A stretch of 64,000 nucleotides of DNA from an uncultured virus (IMG/VR IMGVR_UViG_3300042878_002054) (IMGVR_UViG_3300042878_002054); one strand, 5' to 3'. Positions 19,774 through 29,876 are shown, counted from the stretch's first letter. Numbers and translations: made by a program. Notes: generated from the sequence alone by a model not told the origin.

Positions 19774-21764
19774 TATTTTGCTTCTAAGATTTCTATCTTT
19801 TTGTTTAGCTCTTGTATAGACTTTATTAAGACAGGTATTATTCCATTGTAGTCTAATGCCTTTATCTCTCTATCACCATCCATAGAAGTGTTTACAAGCT
19901 CTTTAAGAACTTCCTCAACTTCTTGTGCAATCAAACCTATAGAAGGTGTTGTAGAGTCACTATAAAGCCAAGTATGGGTAACAGGGTTAAGTCTCAATAC
20001 TTCATTAAGACCATATTCAAGTGGAATAATGTTTTCTTTTTGATTTCTATCAGAAAGTCTGTAGTAAGTTCCATCGGGCCAGATATAAGCTTTGGCGGCC
20101 TTTGTACCACCAATATCACTATAGAAGTGACAGATGGCATAACCACCAATCGTAGTAGGTCTATAGATCTCAAGGCTGTTTGTTCTTGTAGTTCCTTCTA
20201 TTCTAGTACTATCACCAAATATATAAGCTAGGTTAGAGACTTTAGGAAGTCTTATTTCTGTATCTGATATAGTAAGTACTTTTTTGTTATTGGCAACAAT
20301 TCCAATCTTTCCTATAGACTCTAAAAAGAATCCTGTATTTTTACCTTGTGCCTTATCACTATCAAAACATATAGATGGTGCGTTTTCACTACCTGATAAT
20401 ATTTGAAGTCCTCTATCGGTAAAGTAAGCAATAGTTTTAGAACCATTATCAAATCTTGCAGAAACCGTATTGGGCCCACCACCTGATCTAACAATCAAAC
20501 CATGTCCCATTGAAGGATTTGAGTTGTATATGTCACATCCGTAAGCACCATTTAGAAATGGAGATCCAGAACTTCCTGCAACACCACCAGTGAATGTGTT
20601 AACAACAGAACCAACGTTTGTCGCGATTATAGTACGACCATGTGTGTCCAAATTTATCATATGTCTTCTTCCATCAGTAGGTGCAGAAATATTAGCATCA
20701 AAATGTGCAGTTGTCTGAGGATATGTAACCGTGGCAGTACCTGCAAGATTTTCTATAATAAGATCTCTTAATGGACCACCATTAAATAAACCTGAAAATC
20801 CAATAGATCCACTCATTATAGAATCACCGTTTAGTCCATATAGTGCGGTGAATGGTCTTCCTCCACTATTAAGAACTTTCAATGTTGATTCGGTGTTAGA
20901 AGTAGACTTTATAAGTACTCCATTTTCTGTAAATCTCATCTTTTCTTTACCAGCTGCCGATATACCAAGCATATTCCATCCAGCTCTATAGATTCCTGTG
21001 CTATTATTAGTAGAAAATGCAACAGATGGATTTGCCTCACTTCCATTAGGAACTTGAAGCTGTGCACCCTCAGTCGTACCTACTCTTGGTATGAATTTAA
21101 AAGAATCTCCACCAGTTGTTTGATAGTATTTAGTTACACCACCAGTTGTTGAAACAAACGGTACATACAAAACATTTGTAGAATTTGAAAAAGTATCTGG
21201 TTGAGGTGCTGCAGAAGGAATTTGATTTGCAGGAATAGAACTTAGTGCCATCCACTCTGGAGTGGAAGTTCCTGATTTCAATATGTATATTTCGCCAGTA
21301 GTTGGACTATCTTTTGGAGATAGTTTACTTACTGCGATAGGACCAGTTATGTTCGATCCTAAAATGTTTGTAATATCTGTTCCTAATCCTCTAAAGCCGG
21401 TGGCTTGAACAATACCAGCAACTTTTAAAGCATGTAGTGTGTAGTTTCCGGTGGCGATATTTACATATTTCTCAGTAGGACCAACAGTAAACTGTGATAT
21501 TAAACTATTTGTTATTTGAGAAGTACTAGTATCAAAAGTAGGTATATAACCTGTTGTAGTTGTTCCTGTTATTGTAACCGTACTACTATTTTCACTTGTC
21601 CATATAGTACCATTCCAAACATATGGTTGGTTTGCCACTATATCATATACTCTAAGACCATTGTATTTATAAACAATGGCATTTCTAGAGGCAGTACCTG
21701 AAGTGACTAATCTATCATCTATTGGTTGTGCAGTATTTACTGTGAATCCATCTATTATTTGCAT
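19773..21764 (-). CDS. Tail fibre protein with C-terminal intramolecular chaperone (peptidase S74-like)
   Basis: LSDRNQKENI...LNPVTHTW...IGLIAQEVEEV...LDY..IIPVLIKSIQEL; GS..NPS/APS fibre motifs. Confidence 0.85.
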   Translation of the reverse strand: MQIIDGFTVNTAQPIDDRLVTSGTASRNAIVYKYNGLRVYDIVANQPYVWNGTIWTSENSSTVTITGTTTTGYIPTFDTSTSQITNSLISQFTVGPTEKYVNIATGNYTLHALKVAGIVQATGFRGLGTDITNILGSNITGPIAVSKLSPKDSPTTGEIYILKSGTSTPEWMALSSIPANQIPSAAPQPDTFSNSTNVLYVPFVSTTGGVTKYYQTTGGDSFKFIPRVGTTEGAQLQVPNGSEANPSVAFSTNNSTGIYRAGWNMLGISAAGKEKMRFTENGVLIKSTSNTESTLKVLNSGGRPFTALYGLNGDSIMSGSIGFSGLFNGGPLRDLIIENLAGTATVTYPQTTAHFDANISAPTDGRRHMINLDTHGRTIIATNVGSVVNTFTGGVAGSSGSPFLNGAYGCDIYNSNPSMGHGLIVRSGGGPNTVSARFDNGSKTIAYFTDRGLQILSGSENAPSICFDSDKAQGKNTGFFLESIGKIGIVANNKKVLTISDTEIRLPKVSNLAYIFGDSTRIEGTTRTNSLEIYRPTTIGGYAICHFYSDIGGTKAAKAYIWPDGTYYRLSDRNQKENIIPLEYGLNEVLRLNPVTHTWLYSDSTTPSIGLIAQEVEEVLKELVNTSMDGDREIKALDYNGIIPVLIKSIQELNKKIEILEAK

Positions 21765-21782
21765 ATACTATATATAATTTTT

Positions 21783-23345
21783 TTAATATTTAAAATCGAA
21801 GTTTTCTGATGGAGGTCCAATTTGTGAAACATTGCTCCATTTGTATATTCTATATTCTTTTGATGTCCATAGACCAGTTGGTGAAGATAGTATCTTAGTA
21901 GATGTAGAAAAGGTTGCAAAAATATTTATACCATCGTTATCAACTATAGATGATAGTAAACCATAGTCTGCATCATATGCAAAAAAGAAGTTTTCACCAC
22001 CAACTAAATCAAATGTTTTATCACCTTTTGGTTCCACAACTTTTGTCATAGATTGTAATGCAGCAACGGTAAGTGTATTTGATGATGTAAATCCATAGAA
22101 ATAAGGATATATTCCGGTAACCGTAGTACTAACACTACTATTAGAAGTACCATCGTTTACTTTTATAGTAAAGGTTGAAGATGTTGCAGTAATAGGACTT
22201 ATAACAACACCTCTTACAACACCACTTACCGTAGATTGTCCATTAGTGGTTATAGGTGGATAAGTACCGGGTATCATATTTGTAAACTTTGTAGGAAGTG
22301 TCGGATTAGTTCTTTTTGTTATTGAGTAGTCTAATCTTATGTCTGGATATGTTCCAACTTCAACATAACCTGTCGAATTATTTAGACTAAGTGTACAAGA
22401 AGGAGCTAAGTATGGATATACTATTTTTCTAAGAACGTCTGTCATAGACATACCATTAAAAGTTGATCCAAGCGTAATATCCCCTATCGTTGCTGGAATC
22501 GGACGACTATCTGTAAATTCCAAAGAATGTCCATTTAGGTTTACAGGAGTTCCATGAATGTTGATAAGACTTCCGGTTATACCTATAAAGTCTCTCGGAG
22601 GAAACTTTATCTTTTCCCAATTTAATAAATCACCTCTATCAATAAGAGCCATTCCGCTTAATGCGTTAGAAGATGATGCAATAGTAGGGAATACTACATT
22701 GTTGATAGATACTGTTCCGCCTATATTCACGTCATTACCAAAAAAATCGACTCCCTGTGATTGAAAGTATATGTTTCCACCATTATTGACAATATCAAAC
22801 GAAAGAGATTGTGAACCACCTATCAAAGAAACTACCTGAGATTGTAAATATGGTGCAGTATTAAATAGTGTAGGGTTTGTGCCGGCCAACAATACAACTC
22901 TTGTGCTTCTTTGATTTTCTATATCAGCTCTCGTATTATTAAAAAATAAATCAATATCATTAGATATCAAACTATCAGACATTATATCATGAGATTGTGC
23001 ATAAGAATAAGTTCCTGAATATGATCTTTTACCTATCAATATTTTGTTTACCTCTAAATCTCTATTTGGTTTTTGCAAAAGATCATCTGCAAGTCCAGAA
23101 TCTATACCTATATACTCTGTAGTAGATCCTGATGCATATGTTGGTTTGAATACGGTAGTGTCCCAAACAGATATTATCATATCTCTTAAATATCTAGGTA
23201 GAATATAATATTCTTCATTATCCTTTAGATTTTCCAAAACTGTGTTGTTGGTAAATTCAAAAGATGTACTATTTGTAGTACCTATTATAAGTGTACTACT
23301 TGTAGCATGCCAAGGAAGTCCGTCATATTTGTCGTATATCGCCAT
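21783..23345 (-). CDS. Virion structural protein, paralogue of 23355..25130
   Basis: Shares EYIGIDSG, KI..GKRS, LNGHSLEF and VLRK..YPY.AP with the neighbouring gene. Confidence 0.65.
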   Translation of the reverse strand: MAIYDKYDGLPWHATSSTLIIGTTNSTSFEFTNNTVLENLKDNEEYYILPRYLRDMIISVWDTTVFKPTYASGSTTEYIGIDSGLADDLLQKPNRDLEVNKILIGKRSYSGTYSYAQSHDIMSDSLISNDIDLFFNNTRADIENQRSTRVVLLAGTNPTLFNTAPYLQSQVVSLIGGSQSLSFDIVNNGGNIYFQSQGVDFFGNDVNIGGTVSINNVVFPTIASSSNALSGMALIDRGDLLNWEKIKFPPRDFIGITGSLINIHGTPVNLNGHSLEFTDSRPIPATIGDITLGSTFNGMSMTDVLRKIVYPYLAPSCTLSLNNSTGYVEVGTYPDIRLDYSITKRTNPTLPTKFTNMIPGTYPPITTNGQSTVSGVVRGVVISPITATSSTFTIKVNDGTSNSSVSTTVTGIYPYFYGFTSSNTLTVAALQSMTKVVEPKGDKTFDLVGGENFFFAYDADYGLLSSIVDNDGINIFATFSTSTKILSSPTGLWTSKEYRIYKWSNVSQIGPPSENFDFKY

Positions 23346-23354
23346 TTTTTCTTA

Positions 23355-25130
23355 TTAAATTAGTGGTCCCATAAGGCCCTTATTTCCATTTAAAGCAATC
23401 ACCGGCCAATTAAAAGTACTTGAAGTTCCAAAAGTCAATTCAAAGAATCCAGTAGCGGGATAGCTACACGGAAATTTGGATACCCAAAGAACATGATCAG
23501 TCCATCCAGATTGTGAATTCATATCAAATGATGCCGGGTAAAAAGCAGACGCGGTCGGATTTCCTTTCTGATAAAGAACAAATCCATTAGGATCTTTGAT
23601 TGTCAAAAGGCTGGATTCATTTAAAACGTCACCGATTCCGTTTGCACGTGGATAAGAAAAGTATATTCTACCAGTTCCAGAAACACTAAGCTGAAGAGAT
23701 GAATTTATACCAGGATATGGCTTTATAAGCTTAGTCAACTTAGTATTCTGTAGAGTAGTCAATTTCGTTTTGAATGTATTTAATACATTAGTAGTGGTAG
23801 GATTTAAAGAAACTACAGATGAAGTTCCACTAAAACCATAGAATATAGGTCTGATAAATCTTATTTCAGCAGTCGTACTATAACTCCATCCAGAATTATA
23901 AGAACTTGATAAAGGATATCCAGGTACGGTTGTTCCAGGAACATTTGAATAAGCCATAGTGTATTTGTGGAAACCACCTGATGATGGTCCGGTTATAGTG
24001 AAAGGTATATCGGCAGAGAATGTCTTTCCAGGATCTCCAGAAAAAGAAAGTCCGCTATATGATGTTCCTGCAGTAATACCGATAGCTGCAATAGTGTTAA
24101 CTTGATTGAGTATATAATAGTTACTGACGTATTCATCTACAGTCCTTGGATATATTGTTAGTAGATAAGATAATTTGGCGGTTATTGTAGTTCCTGCCTC
24201 GGCGTATGTAGATCCGGTAATGTTATCTGTCAGACTAAGTGATAATGTTGGTGCAACATAAGGATAAAGAACTTTTCTAAGAACTTCTGAAATAGGCCAA
24301 TTTTGTTGTGTTGCAGTTATTGCACTATAATATGAATTAGAAGAGAATGAAAATCCTGCAGGAACACCACCTACCGTATTAGGAACTATAGAATTTTCCA
24401 CAAACTCCAGAGAATGACCATTTAATTTTACCGGAGATCCGTATATATTCGTAGGAACACCGGCAGCACCGACATTTGTCTCATCAAACGATATAGGACC
24501 CCATTTCAAATATCCATTTGGGTAAGATCCAGAGTATTTAAGTATAATATCGGTTGGTAGCTTTGCTGCAGTTTCTGCAACGGTAGGAAATAGTATTCCG
24601 TTTATGGCAACGCGACCGGTAGAACTATATATGCTTATTGGACCATTACTCAACGAAGGATTTCTAAATTCAAAATGATTGACGTTGTTGACTATTTTAG
24701 ATTCTATATAAGGAGCTGTTTGGTATAACGTAGAATTTGTTCCTGCTAATATGGCAACTTTGGTAGAACTTTGTGTTAAATAACTATCAGGTTTTGTATT
24801 GTATATGTAAATATCTGCTCTATTATTAGATAATAAAGTATCTGTCATTATATCAAGATTTGCAAAACTTCTCTTACCTAAGAATATCTTTTGCTTTATG
24901 TCTCGGTCCGCAGGATTTCCAGAATCGATTCCAATGTATTCTGTACCAGATAAATTCTTTGTCTGTTTAAATGGTGAATTTGCCCATGTAGACAAAAAAG
25001 CGTCTCTGATGTCTTTTGGAGATATCAGCTTATGTGTATTATCAGGAATATCTTTTAAAACAGATATAATATCAGTTTTTCTATAAGCCTCAAGCTGAGT
25101 TCCAACATTTATACTATACGTTGCCGGCAT
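23355..25130 (-). CDS. Virion structural protein
   Basis: Ser/Thr-rich; paralogous to 21783..23345; TTTAATATATA upstream. Confidence 0.65.
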   Translation of the reverse strand: MPATYSINVGTQLEAYRKTDIISVLKDIPDNTHKLISPKDIRDAFLSTWANSPFKQTKNLSGTEYIGIDSGNPADRDIKQKIFLGKRSFANLDIMTDTLLSNNRADIYIYNTKPDSYLTQSSTKVAILAGTNSTLYQTAPYIESKIVNNVNHFEFRNPSLSNGPISIYSSTGRVAINGILFPTVAETAAKLPTDIILKYSGSYPNGYLKWGPISFDETNVGAAGVPTNIYGSPVKLNGHSLEFVENSIVPNTVGGVPAGFSFSSNSYYSAITATQQNWPISEVLRKVLYPYVAPTLSLSLTDNITGSTYAEAGTTITAKLSYLLTIYPRTVDEYVSNYYILNQVNTIAAIGITAGTSYSGLSFSGDPGKTFSADIPFTITGPSSGGFHKYTMAYSNVPGTTVPGYPLSSSYNSGWSYSTTAEIRFIRPIFYGFSGTSSVVSLNPTTTNVLNTFKTKLTTLQNTKLTKLIKPYPGINSSLQLSVSGTGRIYFSYPRANGIGDVLNESSLLTIKDPNGFVLYQKGNPTASAFYPASFDMNSQSGWTDHVLWVSKFPCSYPATGFFELTFGTSSTFNWPVIALNGNKGLMGPLI

Positions 25131-25164
25131 TAGATTAAATATTTTTCTTTATATATTAAAAAGC

Positions 25165-25192
25165 AAAAGCCTGATAGTTTTATCAGGCTTTT
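25165..25192. terminator. Intrinsic terminator
   Basis: AAAAGCCTGATA-GTTT-TATCAGGCTTTT. Confidence 0.85.
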
Positions 25193-25275
25193 AATTTAAA
25201 AATATTACTTATCTTTCGCTTTCTTTTAATATGTGTGGCATTAAAAATAAAGTGTGTGTAGTGTGGTAGTGGCAT
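25183..25275 (-). CDS. 30-aa tagged micro-protein (not in ORF track)
   Basis: MPLPHYTHFIFNATHIKRKRKISNIFKLKA*; TAATG coupling to the upstream gene; RKRKISNIF tag. Confidence 0.55.
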   Translation of the reverse strand: MPLPHYTHFIFNATHIKRKRKISNIFKLKA

Positions 25276-25676
25276 TAGTCAAAAAGAAACTCTAGCTTTA
25301 TAAGGTCTTTAACCTTTGCAGTCTGAAGATTCAACTCTTCAAATTTTATCTTTTCATATGGAATCTCATTTTCTATATCTAATAGTGTTTCCATTTCCTT
25401 AGAAAATGCAGTCGAATCTGATATGTTTACAGCACCTTCGATTATATTTCCAGCTTCATCTTTTGCGTCAGTTGGATTTCCAGCCTCGTCTTTTGCGGTC
25501 CATTTGTCGAGAATTCTTTTTTCCATTTTGATTTTGTCATCTAATATAGAAGAAAGTTCTTTTATTATTCTCATAAGCCTAAAGGCAGATTGTGCATTGA
25601 TGTCCAAATCAATCAACATATTTAATGCTGTGATTGTATCGTCGTTTAATTGAGAGTTTTTTACTTTAATAGACAT
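25275..25676 (-). CDS. Hypothetical phage protein
   Basis: 133-aa ORF with typical composition. Confidence 0.75.
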   Translation of the reverse strand: MSIKVKNSQLNDDTITALNMLIDLDINAQSAFRLMRIIKELSSILDDKIKMEKRILDKWTAKDEAGNPTDAKDEAGNIIEGAVNISDSTAFSKEMETLLDIENEIPYEKIKFEELNLQTAKVKDLIKLEFLFD

Positions 25677-25702
25677 ATTTTTGTTTTTATTTTTATCTTT
25701 GT

Positions 25703-26431
25703 TTATATATTATCCAATTCTTGTTTTGTTGATAGTCCATCTATTCTTTTTTTCAGTATCTCAAAATAGTTTTCGTCTCTTTCTATAAGAATGTATTTTC
25801 TATCATTCAGAATACAAGCATGTCCTGTAGTTCCAGTTCCTGCAAAAGTATCAAGTACCGTATCACCAGGTTTAGAATGTTTAAGTAGAAGCTCTGATAT
25901 CAACCCTAATGGTTTTTGTGTTGGATGGTCTAATCTTTCCTTTCCATGACATAAAGGATATCTATATACCCCGTTGTCGTAAACAGAGTTGAAAGTTGGT
26001 TTTTTTCCTTTTGTAAAAGTAAAGAAATACTCAATCGCGTTAGACAAATAGTTTATCTTCGAATTTATAGGAACTGGATTCGTTTTTTGCCATTGTCCTA
26101 TCCTTGGTTGCTTGAACTTGTATTTTTCTGCAATCTCCTTTATCATTGTGGATTTCCAGATATCAAAGAAAAATATTAGAGTACCACCATCTCTAAGAAC
26201 TCGATGATATTCTTTTAGAAGAAGATCCCAATCGATTTCGTCTTTGTCCCATTCACCAAAGTCTATAGAAACTTTTCCATATTTTGTTATCATATCTGAG
26301 TTCGCATCGTCTGAATATCTTGTAAAACCTGACTTTTTCGATATTAGGTAGGGTGGATCAACTAATATCAAATCAACCGATCCGTTTGGTATTTCCTTTA
26401 GGTAGTTGAAGCAGTCATCGTTTATAGTCAT
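25703..26431 (-). CDS. N4/N6 DNA methyltransferase (beta class)
   Basis: DLILVDPPY, HPTQKP, VLDTFAGTGTT. Confidence 0.92.
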   Translation of the reverse strand: MTINDDCFNYLKEIPNGSVDLILVDPPYLISKKSGFTRYSDDANSDMITKYGKVSIDFGEWDKDEIDWDLLLKEYHRVLRDGGTLIFFFDIWKSTMIKEIAEKYKFKQPRIGQWQKTNPVPINSKINYLSNAIEYFFTFTKGKKPTFNSVYDNGVYRYPLCHGKERLDHPTQKPLGLISELLLKHSKPGDTVLDTFAGTGTTGHACILNDRKYILIERDENYFEILKKRIDGLSTKQELDNI

Positions 26432-26493
26432 AAACTATATATTCACCGAACATGTGCGCCTAAAAATAATATATAAAAAAAATAGAATTTAAT

Positions 26494-27267
26494 ATGATAC
26501 TAATAGATTTTATAAAGAGGTTCTTCACCAAGAAGAAGACAATAGATATTAAAAACCTTCCTTCACAAGGATTGTTTTACAAAGATAATTTTAAGATAAC
26601 TATTAAGAAAGTTGATAAGAAAGAAGTATTAGAATATGAAACCGGGTATGACAGAGAAGATCTTAGTATAGTTTTAGGAAAGTTGAAGAGAATCGTAGAA
26701 AACAACATAGTTTTAACAGAAGGATACTCATTCAACCATATAAAGAGTATAGACGTAATATTCATATTCCTGGAGATAGTAAGACTTACCAAAAACAAGC
26801 CAGTACAATTGGAATACTTCAATGATGAAATTGGGTTGATAGACAAAGTAGACTTTGATGAAAAAACATTCAACTATTGCTATCTTGATGAAGAAATAAT
26901 GAAGGATTGGAATTCCGAAGACAGATGTTTTGACATAAACGGATACAAGTTTACACTACCATCGATAGGTATAGAAAATTCTTTAACTAGTTTTCTTATA
27001 GACAAATCATATGAAGAAGACTCAAGTCAATACAACGACTATAGCTATAACTTTACTTACTTTTTAGGAGATAAAGAATTTGTCACCTTCGACGAAATAG
27101 AAAATCTTATACAAATATTCAACTTCGATATGGATGAAGAAGAAGTCGATAAGACAGATAGTGTGGTAAAGATGTTTATTCCTCTTCAAAAGTATTCTCT
27201 AAAGAGAAACAACAAGATAATAGAAATGAGTTCGAAGATAAACCTTCAAGAGATCTGGAAACTATAG
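26494..27267 (+). CDS. Possible T4-like baseplate hub assembly protein
   Basis: LPSQGLFY N-terminal motif; D..FIFL.I.; late motif upstream. Confidence 0.45.
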   Translation: MILIDFIKRFFTKKKTIDIKNLPSQGLFYKDNFKITIKKVDKKEVLEYETGYDREDLSIVLGKLKRIVENNIVLTEGYSFNHIKSIDVIFIFLEIVRLTKNKPVQLEYFNDEIGLIDKVDFDEKTFNYCYLDEEIMKDWNSEDRCFDINGYKFTLPSIGIENSLTSFLIDKSYEEDSSQYNDYSYNFTYFLGDKEFVTFDEIENLIQIFNFDMDEEEVDKTDSVVKMFIPLQKYSLKRNNKIIEMSSKINLQEIWKL

Positions 27268-27912
27268 TCCAAATCTAGTTTTTAGAGCGTTGTAGTTCTG
27301 TAATATCTCGTCAGCAGAAAGGTTTCTGTTGTATATCTGAACATTGGATATTTTTCCGTTAAAATATGAACCGACTACATTGGAAGGATAGACTCCTATA
27401 ACAACATTACCCGAATTGGTAAAAGAAATAGTTGAAGATATCGGAGATCCACCATTGAGGTATATAGTTAGTGTAGTTCCACTCCAAACAAAAGAAGCAA
27501 AGTTCCAAGATGTAGATCCATTTAACAATATTCCGCTAGAGTAAGTCGTTCCGTTGTATACACCCAACATGGTATTTGCACCCGAACCACCTATATATAG
27601 CCATGTGTTCGTACCAATACCCACCAATCCCTTGTTCGCCACTGCTGCATCCTGTTTGAACCAAACATTCACAGTTCCCGAACTACCAATTGGTATATTA
27701 CCACAGGTGACATTACTAGTAGATCCGTTAAAAACCATACTTCCACTATCTACAGAGTTGTATGTTACGCTGTTCAGTGTAGAATTATACTCGCTCTTAC
27801 TTATATCAGTCCATATGATAGAGGAACCAGTATAACTTTTAGGATTGCCAGCATCCAAATATAGTATTAGACTTCTATCATTTATGATTCTCGGCGAATA
27901 GTGAAATGCCAT
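27262..27912 (-). CDS. LamG/concanavalin-A-like jelly-roll virion protein
   Basis: LILYLDAGN..SY, FNGKISNVQIYNRNLS.DEI.QNYNA.K.RFGL. Confidence 0.85.
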   Translation of the reverse strand: MAFHYSPRIINDRSLILYLDAGNPKSYTGSSIIWTDISKSEYNSTLNSVTYNSVDSGSMVFNGSTSNVTCGNIPIGSSGTVNVWFKQDAAVANKGLVGIGTNTWLYIGGSGANTMLGVYNGTTYSSGILLNGSTSWNFASFVWSGTTLTIYLNGGSPISSTISFTNSGNVVIGVYPSNVVGSYFNGKISNVQIYNRNLSADEILQNYNALKTRFGL

Positions 27913-27940
27913 AGTTTAAAATTTTACTTTCTCTATATAT

Positions 27941-27974
27941 AAAAAAAACCCACTCGATTTGAGTAGGTTTTTTT
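27941..27974. terminator. Terminator downstream of the Ro60 gene
   Basis: AAAAAAACCCACTC-GATTT-GAGTAGGTTTTTT. Confidence 0.75.
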
Positions 27975-27976
27975 AT

Positions 27977-29431
27977 TTAGCTAAGTTGAATAGCTTTAAT
28001 CTCATTGAAGAGAGCCTTTTTGTCAATCTCCATCAACTTCATGATGTCGAATACTTTGTCAGAGAATCCTGCCAATGCGAAGACATTTTGTTCTGGGAAC
28101 TGAAGTGTTCCAAGACCAGCCAAGTCCCAAGAGTAAACAAATGGGTTAGCATCGAATTTCTTCTTGTAAGAAGCGAACTCATATGCTGGAGTGGTATAAC
28201 CCATCCATCCTTGCATGTCTGAAAGGATAATCACTCTGTCATACTTCTTGTTGGCTTTGTTGAAGATTGCCTTGAAGTTAGTACCACCACCAGAGTATCT
28301 GAAAGATCCTCTTATTGTCATTACAGAATCCAATGGATTGTAAGACTTATACTGAGCATCGTTTGAGAATGTCATAACGTCGCAGTTGTTGACTTTCGCC
28401 AAAATAGCTCCAAACAAACTCGCGATTTCAGATGGTTTACCAGACATAGATCCAGAAACGTCCATAACAACAAGCGTCTCACCATCAAACTTAGGAACGT
28501 TCACCAAAGAAACTTCAAGTGCTTGGTTGATAGCAACCAAAACGTCTCTCACCGCTTTGTCAGAACCTAGCTTAGAGATTTCCTCATAAGCCGTAGCGAA
28601 TCTGAAAGGAAGTACACGACTTCTTTTGATTAAGTTTTCATCAACTAACAACTCACAAGCAGCGGTTACTGCATCTGGTGCTTGAGTGATGATGTTTCTC
28701 AAGTTTCTCAAAAGAGCAAAGTATCCAATTCTTCTTGTAGAGATTAACTCTCCCCAAGCATCAGACTTCAACTTAGATAAGTCTTCTTCATTCTCAGCAG
28801 TTTGACCCGCCGCAGAAAGTTTTGCTTCCCAAGTGTCAGTGTTTTTCAACTTATCGTTGATTAACAAGTTAAGTGCCTCACGGTTTCTATCTGTTGGGAT
28901 AGGGTGTACGATGTTCACGACATCAACAAGTTTAACTTCTTTGTTTTCACCTTTATACTTAGCCAATTGGTATCCATCAAACTTATCAAACGCAGTAGCA
29001 AAACCTTTCTTCAAAGCGTTAGGAAACTTTGGTTTAGACTTATCAGTCTTATTGGCTAAGTAATAAGATAAGATTTCAGTCATGTCGTCTGGACGAACAA
29101 CTACTTTATCATAAAAGTTCTTACCCCAATCAAAACCTGTAAGTTGAGACGTAAGTTCACCTGCCAATCCGTGAGTGATTGATCTCATACCAAACTTATC
29201 TCTAGCATAGATTGCAGCTTTAGCCACAAACTCTTTATCTTTAATCTTTTCAGACAAAGCTTTAAGATCCTTTAAAGTAGTTGAACCACTTTTATAGAAT
29301 TGGTCGTTTACAAACGAAGTCAATAACATTGATACCAATGCTAGTTCATTAGATTGTGCATATGCTTGACCACCTGCCAAGTTTTCTGTTAAAGTCTTAG
29401 ACTTTGTTACGGTTGTGTTGAATTTACTCAT
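27977..29431 (-). CDS. rsr: Ro60/Rsr RNA-binding protein (TROVE + vWA domains)
   Basis: N.AGG.AY, DQFY, ARDKFGMRS, FDGYQLAKY, TWE..LS, ALLRNLRNI, LPFRF, vWA MIDAS DVSGSM, GGTNF, IILSDMQ. Confidence 0.93.
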   Translation of the reverse strand: MSKFNTTVTKSKTLTENLAGGQAYAQSNELALVSMLLTSFVNDQFYKSGSTTLKDLKALSEKIKDKEFVAKAAIYARDKFGMRSITHGLAGELTSQLTGFDWGKNFYDKVVVRPDDMTEILSYYLANKTDKSKPKFPNALKKGFATAFDKFDGYQLAKYKGENKEVKLVDVVNIVHPIPTDRNREALNLLINDKLKNTDTWEAKLSAAGQTAENEEDLSKLKSDAWGELISTRRIGYFALLRNLRNIITQAPDAVTAACELLVDENLIKRSRVLPFRFATAYEEISKLGSDKAVRDVLVAINQALEVSLVNVPKFDGETLVVMDVSGSMSGKPSEIASLFGAILAKVNNCDVMTFSNDAQYKSYNPLDSVMTIRGSFRYSGGGTNFKAIFNKANKKYDRVIILSDMQGWMGYTTPAYEFASYKKKFDANPFVYSWDLAGLGTLQFPEQNVFALAGFSDKVFDIMKLMEIDKKALFNEIKAIQLS

Positions 29432-29454
29432 AATATATAAAATTTTTTTAAGTT

Positions 29455-29495
29455 CAAAAAAAAACCAGAATAGTACATTTCTGTAGTATTCTGGT
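29455..29495 (-). terminator. Intrinsic terminator between the ncRNAs and the Ro60 gene
   Basis: Minus strand ACCAGAATACTACA-GAAA-TGTACTATTCTGGT followed by a T-run. Confidence 0.85.
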
Positions 29496-29506
29496 CATTA
29501 GTAGTT

Positions 29507-29795
29507 TAGCAAACAAGAAAGGTTAGCCTAAGGCGTTACAGAGAATTCTCCCGAAACTCTGCCTGTGGTTAACGTGTCCATCCCACGAGTTTTTTTATTT
29601 AAAGGAAGTAAACTTTTTCCTTGACGCCGCCTCTTAAAAAGAGGACTTCAGTAGTCAACTGGACTTTTTCACTTTAATCAAGAATGTCTCTTTCGAGCTT
29701 CGTTTCTTGATTCAGTAGCTTCGCTGTCGCTAGGCACTTTCGATCGTAGTTATAATTTAGTTTCGAAGTAACTTAAACTATTGCTATGTTTGCTA
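29507..29795 (-). ncRNA. Putative ~289-nt structured Y-RNA-like ncRNA
   Basis: The ends pair (TAGCAAACA/TGTTTGCTA, then TAGTTTAAG/CTTAGGCTA); internal hairpins AATCAAGAA/TTCTTGATT, CTC-GAAA-GAG, CCTCTT/AAGAGG, AAGGAA/TTCCTT, CAGAG/CTCTG; no ORF; adjacent to Ro60. Confidence 0.7.
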
Positions 29796-29804
29796 TAATA
29801 AAAT

Positions 29805-29876
29805 GACCGAGAAAAGCGATAAAGAGTGTTTTTTTAGAATCCAATTTCGAAGTAACTCTTTTGTCTTGCTACGGTT
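29805..29876 (-). ncRNA. Putative ~72-nt Y-RNA-like stem-loop ncRNA
   Basis: ACCG/CGGT and AAAGAG/CTCTTT stems; shares TAGCAA, AGTTACTTCGAAA and 3' TTTCT with the longer RNA. Confidence 0.65.

Noticed and set aside
25703..26431. Restriction-modification system
   Set aside because: It is an orphan methyltransferase with no adjacent endonuclease, which is common in phages.
29507..29876. tRNA, CRISPR mini-array or group I intron explanation of the structured intergenic region
   Set aside because: I could not build a cloverleaf with an anticodon arm. The shared 13-mer occurs only twice, inside stems. The region does not interrupt a gene.
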